A program made the translations under genes and the position numbers. Below are positions 14,820-28,421 of a stretch of DNA of 64,000 nt, in pieces (the stretch's first letter is position 1; every line of letters begins with the position of its first letter). The notes under the pieces were generated by a model. The model saw nothing but the letters and a program-made list of their open reading frames with translations, did not search any database and was not told the origin of the DNA. This DNA is from Octopus sinensis (Eukaryota): positions 43,772,001-43,836,000 of the forward strand of contig NC_042998.1 of the NCBI RefSeq assembly GCF_006345805.1, given 5' to 3'.

Positions 14820-15075
14820 CTCCTTATGCAGAATCTGACCACCTCTTGCACTTACGCTTTAGATCCATCATGACGTCTGTTGTGGCGTATCTGGTTTGTA
14901 CCACCAAGAGCTGCTGTTAAGTTCTGATCTTTGTGGATCTTAAAATGTCCTTTGAGGCCTCCGTTAGATTTGCAGACCTTATGACATACACGACAATGAA
15001 AGGTGCACACAGATATATAGGCAGAGAAGTTATTGGAGGTGAGTGTTTCATGAGACCGCAAATGAGATGTGAGCC
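14820..15075 (-). mobile_element. 3' end of RTE-type LINE with C-terminal C2H2-like finger
   Basis: The minus frame reads CRVCHKVCKSNGGLKGHFKIHKDQNLTA. A homologous copy lies at 15840-16195 on the opposite strand. Confidence 0.6.
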
Positions 15076-15115
15076 TAGGAAATATTTATAGGGGTGTATG
15101 TGTGTGAGTGAGTGA

Positions 15116-15188
<73 letters not shown>

Positions 15189-15839
15189 ATGTATATATAA
15201 CAGCTTGACTTCGTATAACTAAAGCGTTCGTGGACGCATCCTCTCAGCAGAAATTAGGAATCTCTCCTGATTTCTGATGAGATGGAGGCGTCCTACGTGC
15301 CTACGAAACTGAAAGTTATATTGAGCTACGTCAAACGCTTATTAAAATTTATATGTAGCACATACCAAATATGCTGAGTGCTATATTCTTTCGTATGTTC
15401 ACTAGTGTGTGTGTGTGCGTGCGATATGGCTGTTTGAAGTCGCATTCAGTAAAGGCAATATCAAAGAGCGGCAATGGAGTGTCTACAGTATAATAACAAG
15501 GTTATATCCCTAAAAGCAATAAATGAAGCCTCTTTGAGAATTCTGGCATGAACCCTTGGATTGTAGGAGAATGTAAACAATAATGTTATACAGTATTTTA
15601 TTTTAGGTGCAACATTACATTTCCCTACAATAACATACATGTGGGTGCGTGTTTGTGTGTATTCGTTTACATGCACACACACGTATATACACCCCCACAC
15701 ACATACGTGTGTGTGTGTACAGTCACACACACATACACACACACACACACACACACATAACGTAGAGTGTGGAGTGGAGTGAAAGCGTTTGAAGAGGCAA
15801 GGATAACTCATGCAAGACTTAAGAGAGATTTAAGGAAGA

Positions 15840-16195
15840 ATGTTACGACTGAGAAGGTGAATCACAATGGCCTCTTTCTGTGAGAGACCATGCCTTTCTT
15901 TTGCTGGGCTCAAATCTCATTTGCAAACCCATGGAAAATGAAACTCCACCAACTATTCTGCTTATGTGTCTGTGCCTGCCTTTCAATGCAATATATGCCA
16001 GAAGGTCTGTAAATGCAACGTAGGCCTCAAAAGATATCCACAAAGATCAGAACTTAACTGCAAGTATTGGTGGTCTGAAACGGATATGCATTCCATGTGG
16101 CTGTCTTTTCAGAACATTGTCTGGTTTAAAAAGCCACATTAGACGCCATGATGGTTCTAAAGTGTAGGTACAGGAGGTGGTCAAACTCTCTATAA
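15840..16195 (+). mobile_element. 3' end of RTE-type LINE (same family as 14820-15075)
   Basis: FCERPCLSFAGLKSHLQTH and FQCNICQKVCKCNVGLKR..IHKDQNLTA, interrupted by stops and a deletion; nucleotide similarity to the 14.8 kb copy. Confidence 0.6.
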
Positions 16196-16212
16196 GGAGT
16201 GGACCACCACCA

Positions 16213-16261
<49 letters not shown>

Positions 16262-16399
16262 CAATTTTTTCGACTAGAGGTGGTGCTCCAGCATGACCGC
16301 AGTCAAATGACTGAAACAAATGAAAGAATATAAATATATAGTAACTGTAAAATCACTCATGATTGCCACTGGTAACATGGTATCCAATAAAACTTTTAT

Positions 16400-16790
16400 T
16401 TCTTACACGTCTGTTTGTTAACAAGTAAAACCGCATCCCCAGCAGCTTAACCTGTTGAGGAGAGTTGTCAAAATCCCAGCAAGACTTAAAAGAAGACGTG
16501 TCAAAAAGACGGATGGACCTGATGTAGGTTACACAATCCTCAAGCAATATCACAAGCACCCAGAAATCTCGGGTTCGCATATGTCATGCCGAAGTTCAAT
16601 AGGACTGAGGATCAGCCCAGGTTTTGTTAAAGCATGTTTCTGGAATAATATCACTTTGATGTAAAACCCTATATACAGGTAGTGGCATTGGGTATTTTGG
16701 CGATCTTTTGCTGAAGCTTGGCATATCGCTCCCACGTTTTTGAAGCTGCATCTAATATTGGTACAAGATATCTTGCCTCGGCTTGTCACT
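16400..16790. mobile_element. Decayed RTE-like LINE fragments
   Basis: The plus strand gives CRSSIGLR (C..C.R.C.S.IGL motif) and the minus strand gives TWE...SAKDRQN (WE..A.DR..W motif). Confidence 0.4.
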
Positions 16791-18264
16791 GAACTATATC
16801 ATTAACGTGGAGAGACCTATGAAGTATTATACAATCCTTATTGGACCAAACTTTTGCACGGGCATTGCTTTGGTATGATGGTCATACTCATTTACGAGAT
16901 GACAGCCATCACACACACACACACACACATACACTCACACGCATGTATGTATAACTAGAGCAGGGGCTACACACAGAGAAGAGAGTTACAACACTGTTTT
17001 GAATATTACATTAATCTTGATAGCGATATCTATTTCCAGGTGGTAAGCGAATACACAAATAGGTTAAGAATGCACTACTGAGTTTCGACTAAGTTTAATA
17101 GTTTGAAACCAATAATTTAGAATATAACGATGTACTGAACGATGTACACATACACACACATTCACTCACACACACAAATAGACACACACACACGTACAAA
17201 TACATACATACGAAATAAAGAGCATCTTATAATAAATTCAAATTAGCCTCAGTAAAACCTTATTAGCATTTGTTTACGACTTTCATAGATAAACAAAGAA
17301 AAACTTCATAAATTAATTATCGGCGACACAGAAAATTGTATTTTTCTGCCTAAGATCAAAATGTGATTTGCTAGGGAATAATGTGACAGCTGCAGATACA
17401 TTTGCGATTTATTACGCTCATCAGAACAGCATAGCTTAGATTATTTAGGCTTGTATTGTTTAGTTGAGAAGAGGTTTTGTAAATAGAAAAAAATGTAGGA
17501 TGAATTTTTGCCAACAAAAAAGTTGAAATATTTGAAGTCAAGAATTTAGTGAATTCAGTCAATGATGTTGGTAAAAATATTCTTAATGTATTAAAAGGTG
17601 ATTATTTGATGAAAATGAGTTGAAATTAAAAGAAATTAAGATATTAAAGATCATTGACATGCATATTTATTCTTAAAGCCTTCCTGTATCTTCAAAGATG
17701 AATATTGTAATCGCTGCTGTGTTTCGTCGCAGGAAAGCAATTTTTCCTTAATGATGAATGTGTGCTCATGACATACTTAATTTCTTTGCTCAATGGACGC
17801 GGACACAGTCGGTGTTTCGACATTGCTGTGTTTCATCAACTAGTGAAACCTAGAATAATTAATCTAACAAAGCTCGGAGCTTTGCTTAAAAATCAATTTC
17901 CCAGTTAAGCAGATCGTCAAGCACAGGGAAAAATCTGATAACTGATTATTTAACTCTTTATTTTTCTATTTATAAATTCCTGACTGATCAAAAATGCTGA
18001 AGAGGTTCAATAACATGGAAACATGCTTCTTGCGATCATTTTGTTTGTTAACATTATATCTCCCACTTAACCATGCTCCCTTACTAATAATAGCTGTTGA
18101 AGTTCCATTTTGTTTTGCCCTAAATACATTTTTATACACTGTGTATGTTCTTGCGTACGTTATTCAGAACATTGCTACGCAACTTAGGTGTCTAGATCAG
18201 TGTCATTGGCCCCATTACTGTTATTTCCCTTACTTTACTTTTTTTCTACTGGCTGAAATAGATT

Positions 18265-18500
18265 ATTTTGATGGAGTAGGAGTGTTGTCATACACATCTG
18301 GTGGATTTATCGATTGAAAACTAGATAACGCTGCAAGAGAAAAGTATATTGGGATCTTGCCCACAATTCCAGTGTTTGATGAGTCGATGTCAATTTGATG
18401 GATTATGTGGTTGCGTGAGATACAACCCCTCCTGAAATTCTGGAATCCTTCGCTAAGTTTACTGTTTTCTATTATTAACCCTTTCTTCAGTTTCTAACAC
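18265..18500 (-). mobile_element. Decayed non-LTR reverse transcriptase fragment
   Basis: The open minus frame QNFRRGCISRNHII...KIPIYFSLAALSSFQSIN resembles the RT motifs Q.GFR.GRS..DHI and D...AFDSV. Confidence 0.4.
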
Positions 18501-19289
18501 TCATCTTTGTAAGTGATTTTTTTTCAATATATACGTTTTATTATCTTTTAGATAGTTGATAATTCTCCTCTTCACGTAGATTCTCAACAAAAAAGCTCCT
18601 AAGCTTTGCATGCACATTGTTGTATTTATCTTTCATTCTGTACAAGCCTTTTGTTCGCATTAACTGTATTAATGACCTTAGTTTACTCCTTTATCTAACC
18701 TTAATGCGTTTTCCGACGTTCCTCGCATTTCTGTTGATATCCATCACACGCTGTTCTTTCTCTAATAGGATTTTGGTGTTTATATATAAATCAACATGTG
18801 ATTCTCTCATATTCCAATGGTATTCTTGTAACAACCAGAAACTCTAAATGAAGAAATATTTTTCTACTGTTATTGTTGATGCATGGTAGATGTCAGTCCG
18901 TTCGTCTCATAATCCAGTTATAATTGAACTATTTTTTATATCACTTACGACTCCAAAAGTCAAATTTGCCGCGTCCTGATTGAAATATAATTGCAGTTAA
19001 CAAATTTATAAGCTCCCATCAGAAGGAGAATTTTACTGGTTATTTTCTTTTCTTTAGAAATGTAAACGAGAATAGAATAAAACCGAGAAGTCATCGCATG
19101 GCTCCATTGAATTTACACTGAAATATAGCAATTAATTTAAATTATTTCTTTACATGTCATATACGACTTGAGCTCATTTTCGTGTTGGTCTCTGTAATAT
19201 TCAATCGCTGCTTATTCAAAAACAGTCAGTAGTTTAAGCCTCAAATAACTCTAAATTAAGCTCCCAGTCTTACTCTTGAACATTATGAA

Positions 19290-19525
19290 AACACAAATCT
19301 AGTCTATTATGGTAATATTCGGAAAAGTAAAGGTTTGGAGAATATTATCATGAAAGGAAGAGTACAAGGCAATAGAATAAGAAGCGGGCAAAGAACGCAA
19401 TGGATGGACAATATCAGGAGCTTGTTGGACAAGAGTGATAAGCAGCTGGAGAATACGCGCTTAATCGGCAAAACCTCCGTTGCAATGTCATCAATGCACT
19501 GCAGACGTACGATACTTGAAACGAT
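19290..19525 (+). mobile_element. RTE/BovB-like LINE 3' end
   Basis: LENIIMKGRVQGNRIRSGQRTQWMDNI matches the RTE C-terminal motif LEK.IM.GKVEG.R.RGR....W.DNI. Confidence 0.7.
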
Positions 19526-20595
19526 GAAGGTAATCTTACATTGTGAGTGAAAAATTAATTTAACTCTTTGTGATCTGTGTTACCGACATGTACAACATCT
19601 AAAGAGAGAAAATAAACATATTCAAAGTGGTTAGTAGCACATCTTTTGGATCGTAAGCTAGAGCAAAGAAAAAAATTAAAAAGAACTCAAATGTAACTTA
19701 AGCAAGGGAACAGAGAAGATTTGTATTTAATTTAGACAACTGATGTGGCATAAAAAATATACAAGCCTGCTTCTAAGTGTTTGACATTTTCGCACAAATA
19801 CTTGCATTCATCTCATTTTAAACAAAACATTCTATTTTGTCGGCTAAACTTACGCTGTTTTAAAATTCTAGAGATATGTGTGTATAAATACATGCACTCA
19901 CATACATTCATTTATACATGTCTACATACATAGATGCACACGTGCGCGCACGCACACACACATTTATGTGTGAATGTATGTCTGTAAAAGTTCACTCTGA
20001 TATAATACCGAATACTCAGGGAAAGGTTTAGGGCATTTCGGGGATATTTTGCTTGCACTTGAGATCATGGTGCTCCAACATTCCTGAGCCTGCGACCCAT
20101 ATTTGTACTGGTCACCTCACTCTGACTTGCCTCTGGATCATATCACTAGGGTGGAGATGGTCTGTGAGGTATTGTGCAATCTTTATTGGACCTTACATTG
20201 TATGCTGTGCCATCGTTGCAAGGCAACTTTCCGATGCCTGTTGAGTAAAGGTGGGAAAACTGCGAGCACAAACTTGGGGAAGGGCGATTGTACGAGCAAT
20301 AAGCAATATACTTGTAGACTTAGTTGTTCAGACCGTTTCGGACCTTTGTTCTTTCTCTCTCTCTCTCTATCTCTCTTTCTATCTCTCTCCCCACTCTCTC
20401 GCGTTTTCTAGCTTGACCACTGCTCCTACGTTGTTTAGATGCAGTCTCCGCTATTGCGAGTGGTAGTCCTACTTATTCACGGGTTTGAAAAGTCCTCCTA
20501 TTACATAATCGACCACGTGGACGGGTTCTTGGAAAGCTTTGGACCTGTACATGAATAACCCTCTTATTACATGATCAAACCTGTTCAGTCTCGTC

Positions 20596-20658
<63 letters not shown>

Positions 20659-23600
20659 GTGTCATATAAAAACTTTTCTTATGTCAGTATTTCTACACCT
20701 GTCCGATCATGATATCTTAAGTATAAATCTAAACTATAGCATTAAAAAAAACTCTGGTCTACATTTATCGTCCATGGCGTATATTGCAATCCGGAAATAA
20801 GAGAGTTATAAAGTCTATTTCTTTTGTTTTTGCTTCTGGTTAACGTCTCGTTTGTTGTACATTATTTTTCCTGTCTTCTGCACGCTGTTTGCCAGGAGAA
20901 CTTGTCACATTTCACGTACTGAAAAATTTGGAAATTATATATATATATATTGCAGATAATAGAATCTTGCTCTTGACACCATAAATTTTTATACCTTAAT
21001 TTTTTTTACCTGCTTCCACTAACTGTTTACTGGACCTTTTCAGTTTGTAGGTATTAGGTTCGTGTCGTCCGTAATATGTAGGCGACAGTGAGACCAAAAT
21101 TTTATCTAAATTTTTATGTACTCTAATGACAAGCTTCCAGAATGTATAAAAAGTACCCACGCGCAAACACTCAGCTAATCATCCCAGATCACAACACACA
21201 GGGCATTGTTGTATGGTGCTTCTATAATTCACGATACCTTTGGGTCTGCCCCTATTGCTATAACCATCTTCCTTTAGGGCTCCTTCGATAAGGCTGGGTG
21301 TTAGCTTTAAGCTCGTTTTACACACACACACACACATATAACTGCATATATAAGCATGAAATATAAAAATTTGAAAATGCTTATATGTGTGTGTGTATCT
21401 ATGGGTAAATAGATAAATAGATATACATGTGTGTGTGTGAATGTAGTGTGATATTTAACCTTTATTTCAAAATTACAAAAGAGCTGACAATAAAATGGTC
21501 GTTATGTGTGCTACAGTGGCTCTATTTACTCTAAAAGATTTTGTGGTCACAATAGGCCTCCAATTTTTTCCAGTTAACTTCGTAGCAGTAAGTCATTATA
21601 TTTAGGTGTGTAGCCGTCTCCCAGAGCAGACGGCAAATCAATTAACTACAATAAGTATCATTGTTGTGAACACTTTTTGCCCCTTGTATTTGTACAAAAA
21701 GTCAATATGATCGACAAAATCCATAATAAGACGATGGTCCCGATTGACTACAGTTCAGTAACTAAAACCACTAAGAAATAAAAGAATAAAAGAATATACC
21801 TGTTTATAACAACACAGTGTATGGATATTTGTGCAAGAGCTCTTAAAAGCCATCATTTCTGTGTAGCCCCGCCATTTATGATAGGAGATTTTTTAGGCAA
21901 CATGTTCAATATATAGATTCTAAACATTTCTCATAATTTCGTAATTGCATGGAAATATCAAAAGAATTTCCCGTGTTTTTTATAACCCAGTAATCGAAAA
22001 TTTAAAGGGATTTCTTTTTGTGAGCAGTGAGTTTAATATCAAGTGCAGTGATTAGTTCGACACAGCTTACTTTGTTAAAATTAAGGCCTTGATGAGAAGG
22101 CATTTACGTATGAAGGTTTAGAATTCCTTAATACGAATTTCTGTAAAATAGCTGTGCTATTTGCCGCTAATACTGCTCGACTATCCTATTAGGAACACAG
22201 TATTGCTCTATAATGAGAGAAAAATTGCTTTTCTTGTTGTAAGTATAATGCAAGGTAGAATATGCTTCTCATATATATTTAACTCGGTATTAGTCAGATT
22301 GCTTAAACCGCAATCAGGGTTACACGCAAAATTGATGCTGTAATATTTATGAGTAATGTAGAATATCCATGGGACTATATTCTGTTTTCTACATAGATTG
22401 CAGTGGGAAGTCTGCTCTTATCAAACAATCAAGAAACTTGAATGGAAGATTTTTGTAAACCTTTCCAAATGCATTTTCCTTTGAAAAAGCACAGTGCCGT
22501 TTAAAGATGATTATTATTCTCATGGCAATGCTACAACATATATGTGGTATTCCTCGTTCAAATTTACGCTTAAAAGTCTGGTTAAGCGATAAATTCTAAT
22601 AAAGATAAGATATTTTAAGCCAATGTTAACACGCTTCAAAGTATCTAGTTCTAATTCATTTCTGCTCACCAAAAGGATAATTCTTGCACCAATAAATAAA
22701 ACGCATGGTTTAATAATTTGAAATATCTGAACAATTCTGAACTAATCACCAACATTTTGTATAACTGTATAGATTTTAAAGACATGTGTACAGTTAGATA
22801 TTTATGCAAACGCATTTATCAACTGCTTTATATTTTTGCACTTATAGAGATATTTTAATTTTTTTTCATATACATTTTTTAATATATTTATGTACTAAAT
22901 TTACAGTTTTTACAAATAGTGATCATTATTATATTTAAACATTTTTACTGCACATTTAGTTTATACCAAATTTTATGTTCTAAAATCTTTTATGGATACA
23001 TAAGAAGAGACACGAAGCGAATGACGTTTGGTGACCTTTCAGTTTCTATTAAATTGTGTGGTGTGATGTGTGTGTGCGAGAGAGAGAGAGAGAGAGAGAG
23101 AGAGCGTGCGTGTGTGTGTATGTGTGTTTGTGAGTGTATGTGTATAGCGCTCTGTGGGATCCAACCTAGAAGATTGTGGTTGTGATGCTAACTTCGTAAC
23201 CACAGATCATAACCTACACTGTATATATTGATAAAGATTGGTAATCTTCGTGTTCTCCAGGACTTAAACTGAAGGGATCGTGTAAAAATACTTCTCAAAG
23301 TCATTCACATGCGCGCATACACATCTATTTCACCTCCATAGCTTAAATCGTCCCCATCCCTTACCTGACCTTAGTATACGGGAATTACGTTCACATTCTC
23401 CTTTTCTTCATCACATCACGTTTTCCTGTTTATTTTTCTTCGTTTTATATCTCTATCCGTCTCTCTAATATCTTTCATTTTCTCCACTATCTGTCTTTAC
23501 TTGCTCAGTGTCTATTTCTCTCCTTATTCAATCTCTCTCTATTTGATTATCACAAACATCACTTTTGACTAAAGCACTCAATATAATGTCTTTTTGTCTG

Positions 23601-25129
23601 CCTTTCTAACCAATAACCCTATTTCGTTATCCAATATGCTTCGATCTAACGATTGAGTATCAATACAAATGACATTCAAATTTCTCTCAAATTGCACTTT
23701 TACATTCTTAAAAAAAAAAGACAGCATAGATAACATAGTTTTGAATATCCTTAAAAAGTGTAACAGTATAAATGAGCATATCTGCAATAAATGACAACAC
23801 AAAAAAAAAAAAACTTACTCTAAACTACGTTTTACTATTTATCATTTATTCATTCTCACCTATATTTCGGTTACTCTTTATACTTGCCATTCCTCTCCCT
23901 TTCTTCCATTCCAATCAACGCTTTTGACGTGACAAATTAGAAGTGTCGTTGTGCATTTCATAAAATGTCTTGCAATCTTTTTCCTTCTCTCTGTGCTCCG
24001 AATTCAAACTACACAGAGCTCAACATCACCTTTCAAACTTTCTGTACTAGTTTTGGTTATTTGTTACTGTATGGGCGGGAGCTTTTGATCTTGTTATTGT
24101 CACCATCTTCGATTTGATAGTAACGAATGTGACAATACTGGTGCCATGCTATTTCAACCCTAGCGTTTTCCCCGGACAACATCGGTGACTCGAAAACAGG
24201 AGGCTTGCATATATGTGTAACTGCTGGATTTCTATTAAAATATAAATGTCATCAAAGCCTTAGAGAGGAACCTTATAGATGCAAATCTAGCTCCTGCGAC
24301 AGACAAATGCGCCCAAATTGTCATTTAAAGAATCTATGCAATTCTGTCCATTTTTTTTCATTCTACTCTTTCGCACATATACACAGCAGTCTACCGCGTG
24401 AGCTAACGAGACGACCTTTGTGCCCTTGATTGACTTGCCAACAACAGCAGCCAAATTTAACTTTAAATAGCATCAACTGTCTAATAAAAGAGAGCAGTCG
24501 TTGGATAATGTAGTCCTACATATAGTCTCTAAATGAATGATGGGATAATGACAGCTGAAGTATTCATTCTAGGGTTGACTTCTGGTTTAACAAACACAGC
24601 AAAAGCTTCTGTTGTTTGTCTACCTTTCACTTTATCCCTTATTCTTAATTTTAACACCAGCATGTTTTCTCCGTATGCTTCTTCATTCTTTCAATGCATA
24701 GACTCAGTTTATGTTTTCTCTTTTAATGCATATTGCCTGTCAACATTCTGGCAATCATATTATTCATTCTCTCTTTGTTTCTTATATATATATATTGATA
24801 TAGATATATTATATACCACATATGTGTGTGAGCATGTGTGTGTCGTGTTTTCAGCAGTATGTGCTCATTGGTTAAATGGGCGATAGACGGTTTCACATGC
24901 CCCAAATATTACACATATAAGAACACAAATACCGATGCAAATTTCTAATAAAATACAATATATCAAGCGACTATATGCAGTTAACACAAATTACATAACA
25001 TACAACGTGAAAGAAATATTGTTTTCCGCTTTTGTTACCAGCAAAAATATCAATTATGTGGTCAAAATTTTGCCAAGAGACATACTTTCGTTCGATATTC
25101 AGTATTGTTACACTGTTTAGTCGTGTGTG

Positions 25130-25420
25130 ACGTATTGTACTCATCAGAGTTTTGTTGAAGACAGCAAAAGGCCATAAAGATTGTTCTTGCCAACAGTTTC
25201 AACAACCCAGCAATAGTTGCCTGTAGACTTGGTGGTAAGCATTGATCCGCCACAAACTTTGAGTAGATGGCCTTTTGTACCTTTCAAAGCATAATTCCAT
25301 AATGCGATGAAACTTGTTGCGCCAGAACTGGAGGTAAACACCCAAATACACAGAGTATGCTTCGACCATTAGCATTAAATCTTGATTTCATTTCCACACC
25401 CATCCTATCCAAACTGAAAT
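25130..25420 (-). mobile_element. Decayed Mutator-like (MULE) transposase fragment
   Basis: The frameshifted reading SFIALWNYALKGTKGHLLKVCG/INAYHQVY/WVVETV resembles the MULE core FIGLDGCFLKG..KGQLL.AVG.DANNQ.YP.A.AVVE. Confidence 0.4.
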
Positions 25421-26536
25421 AACAGGAAGATATGCGATGACAGTCTTTACCAGATTGAACTAGTGACAGCTCTATTGATGATTCACTAACTAGGGTTTGC
25501 AATCGACGAGGTACATATTTTCTGCGTAGACCTTTTGTTTTCTTGAATTAGAATTGTGTGCCTTGGATTATTTGTTTGATAGTATCTTCTAACTCTTCAA
25601 CGTATTTCCAAAGTTTCTTCTTTTCTACAACTTACAAGAATTTCTTTGGTTGTTGTCTCTGTTCTTTCAGTTATAACAGGTTGTTTGTCTTTGATAGTAT
25701 TATTTTCAGTGCAACCAGTTAAAAGCGCATATAGAATTCAACAATGCATTGCTACTCGTATGTTTTGAACTCTAGGTAATTCTTTTTCAGAATATATTTG
25801 CGATATCATGTGATTGTTATATCTAATTTTACCCTTTTTCATATCTACGAGACCACGTATTTGCACCCAGATTTCAGTGCATGAGAGATTTAACTTCCAT
25901 CGATCGTTATGCTTTCAAAATCTTCGTCATTTGGCACTGGCCTCAAGAAATATGTAAATGTTCTAAAAGTATCCAAAACTTTATGGAATGGTTCTATATT
26001 TGTCATTGTATCTCGAAGGCCAAACTTTCGTTGTCCACAACGATGGACGACGGCTCCTTCAAAACATTCTCCAGCCATTTTAAGTTTCAACTGAAGAATT
26101 TTCTAACAAACTCATAAAGAATACTCACTTCAATAAAAAGTCCAACGAAAATTTATAAAGTGACGGCAAATACGCCGAATGAGGATCATTGGAACCTTCT
26201 TAAATATGCTGGTATCAGGTGCTAAACCAACGCGTCTTACATCATTTACTATGTTGTATAAAAAATGGCAGCCATAATGTCAAGAATTTTGTCTACAAAA
26301 CAGGTGAATCCCAATAAAGTGTATATTTCACTGATTTTTTTTCCTAGCTAAAGGATTTTATTTACGAAATATCTTGTAGAACTTCAAAACGATCACCACA
26401 ATTAATTCGAAAATGCATTGCTTCCTATGGTTTTCTGTATGATCACGGCGAGCTACGTTTTGTTGGACAAATTATAATACACATTATTTACATCAATTAC
26501 ATTTGACGGATATGTGTCCTCATATTGTTTGTTGTT

Positions 26537-26582
26537 AACACAACGTTTCAGCTGATATACCCTCCAGCCTTCATCAGGTGTC
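26537..26582 (-). ncRNA. Minimal type I hammerhead ribozyme
   Basis: The reverse complement is GACAC-CTGATGA-A-GGCTG-loop-CAGCT-GAAA-CG-TT-GTGTT. Confidence 0.75.
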
Positions 26583-26650
26583 TTGGGGAAATGTCGAACC
26601 TGGGTTCTCATTCCTAAGGTATTGTTATTATTATTATATTATTATTATTA

Positions 26651-26703
<53 letters not shown>

Positions 26704-26779
26704 TTATTGCCTGGAATAGAACTCCAAATCTTGGGGTTAGTAGTCCGCGCTCTTAACCACTACACCATATGCCCAGGGT

Positions 26780-26853
26780 CATATGGCGTAGTGGTTAAGC
26801 GCGCGGGCTACCTAACCCCAAGATTCCGAGTTCGATTCTCGTCAGTGACCTGA
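26780..26853 (+). promoter_or_regulatory. tRNA-derived head with RNA polymerase III A and B boxes
   Basis: A box TGGCGTAGTGG at 26784-26794 and B box GAGTTCGATTC at 26828-26838. The acceptor stem and CCA end are not intact, so this is a SINE-type head rather than a tRNA gene. Confidence 0.7.
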
Positions 26854-26860
26854 ATAGTAA

Positions 26861-26916
<56 letters not shown>

Positions 26917-27005
26917 ATAATAATAATAATAATAATGATAATAATAACAACAACAACATCGAATAATACCTTAGGAATAAGAACCCAGGTTAGAAATTTT
27001 CCCAA

Positions 27006-27051
27006 GACACCTGATGAAGGCTGGAGGGTATATCAGCCGAAACGTTGTGTT
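27006..27051 (+). ncRNA. Minimal type I hammerhead ribozyme
   Basis: Stem I GACAC/GTGTT, core CTGATGA (27011-27017), stem II GGCTG/CAGCC, GAAA (27039-27042), palindromic AACGTT stem III, and a GUU triplet with predicted cleavage after 27046. Confidence 0.8.
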
Positions 27052-28327
27052 AACAACAAACAAGATGAGGACAAATATCCGTCAAATATAAATAACGTAC
27101 ATAATTCCTCAACTCTTAGATATAGAACTGAAATTATAATACAGTTTCGTCAATAATAAATAATTGGTTAATAACACTGTTCGTCATTATTTTCATATAT
27201 TATGTTTGTGTGTATGTATGTTTCTGTTTGTGTGTGTGTGTGTAAACATATATATGGCGATACATCTACGACTGTTGCGTATAATTTATCAATTAATATC
27301 TATCTATTTATTTCTCTCTCTCTCTCTCAGTCTGTCTTTCTCAGTATCTCTCCCGCTCAGTCCTCTCTCGCTCATTTTGCTTTATTCTCTTTCCCTCTTA
27401 TGTATGTATATATTCCATTAGCCTTTTAATTTATGCACTTCTTTTCTCCATTTGAATAGTCACAGTTTCCCGATGGAACAACCACGCTTCCTTGTCCGCT
27501 CCATCCTTCTTCTTCCCCCTTCACTATATCTCTCTTATTTTACCTTACCACAATATTGCTTCTCAATTTATTTTATATTTCTCCATAATATTCAAATCTA
27601 CCTACCTCTCTCATCTCTAACAACCACTTTCCATCTATTACCTCTCTGTCTCTCTTCCTATGTTCCGTTTCTTTTTATATTTGTTTTTAAATTTCCTCCC
27701 ACCCATCTCTCCCTCTTGCTTCTCTTATCATCTCTCTCTCTCTTCTGTTTGGCTATTATATTTTTACTAACGAGGACATTGTTTAGCAAAACAATTCACC
27801 ACCAACACTATAAACATTTTATTGCCTCATTAGCAAGTATTCAACCTTACTTCATCTGACCGCTGTCAAGTAAGCAAATATTGGTGCAGTTATTAAAGCC
27901 CTCCTTATCAGCAACAGCAGGATCGAACATGGGTCATATATGTAGAACTTTAGAATAAACCAATTAAAAGGCCTACGAATATACACTGGGTATATATCAG
28001 TGTTTCCCTTGTTTGGAATTGAGGCATTGTATTATTGTACAATAATTTTACACACTTGCGCAAAATATTTTGTCAACTTTTCAATGTTTTGAAGCAATAA
28101 AATGTAGTGTCAAGAAAATTTGAGGATATTACTTTGTCGGAAACTATAGTGATGCCTATGGGATCTACTGGTATATTTTCTCAGTGATGAAGGCGTGTGA
28201 TTTAGGGGCTATGATGCTGGGTATATGACCGTAAACTCGTGGGCTCAGTTTCTGGACCAGGAAGTGCGTTGTTTCATAACGCAAGGCACACCAATCTCGG
28301 TGGTTCCACTCTACTCATCTGTTATGA

Positions 28328-28372
28328 TTACCAACCAGGTTGTGCTGCTGCACTTCTTTCCTTCCCCTTTCG

Positions 28373-28421
<49 letters not shown>

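Larger units (their letters stand above)
26481..27130. mobile_element. Head-to-head fold-back of a tRNA-head/(TAA)n/HHR non-autonomous retroelement (copy 1)
   Basis: The left arm (26481-26779, minus) and right arm (26780-27130, plus) are inverted copies. Each has a tRNA-like head, a (TAA/TAC)n tract and an HHR; only the right arm has the ~30-nt tail. Confidence 0.85.

Noticed and set aside
14852-15061. C2H2 zinc-finger gene
   Set aside because: It is a single degenerate finger with a stop-containing homologue nearby, and the context fits the C-terminus of an RTE-type LINE.
17395-17430. Minus-strand HHR-like CTGATGA-GCG..CGC-AAA
   Set aside because: G12 is missing and stems I and III cannot be formed; at best a fossil.
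25880-26240. Tc1/mariner transposase fragment
   Set aside because: Motif matches were too weak after accounting for stops and frameshifts.
26780-26853. Functional tRNA gene
   Set aside because: A and B boxes are present but there is no complete acceptor stem, and it is embedded in a repeated element.
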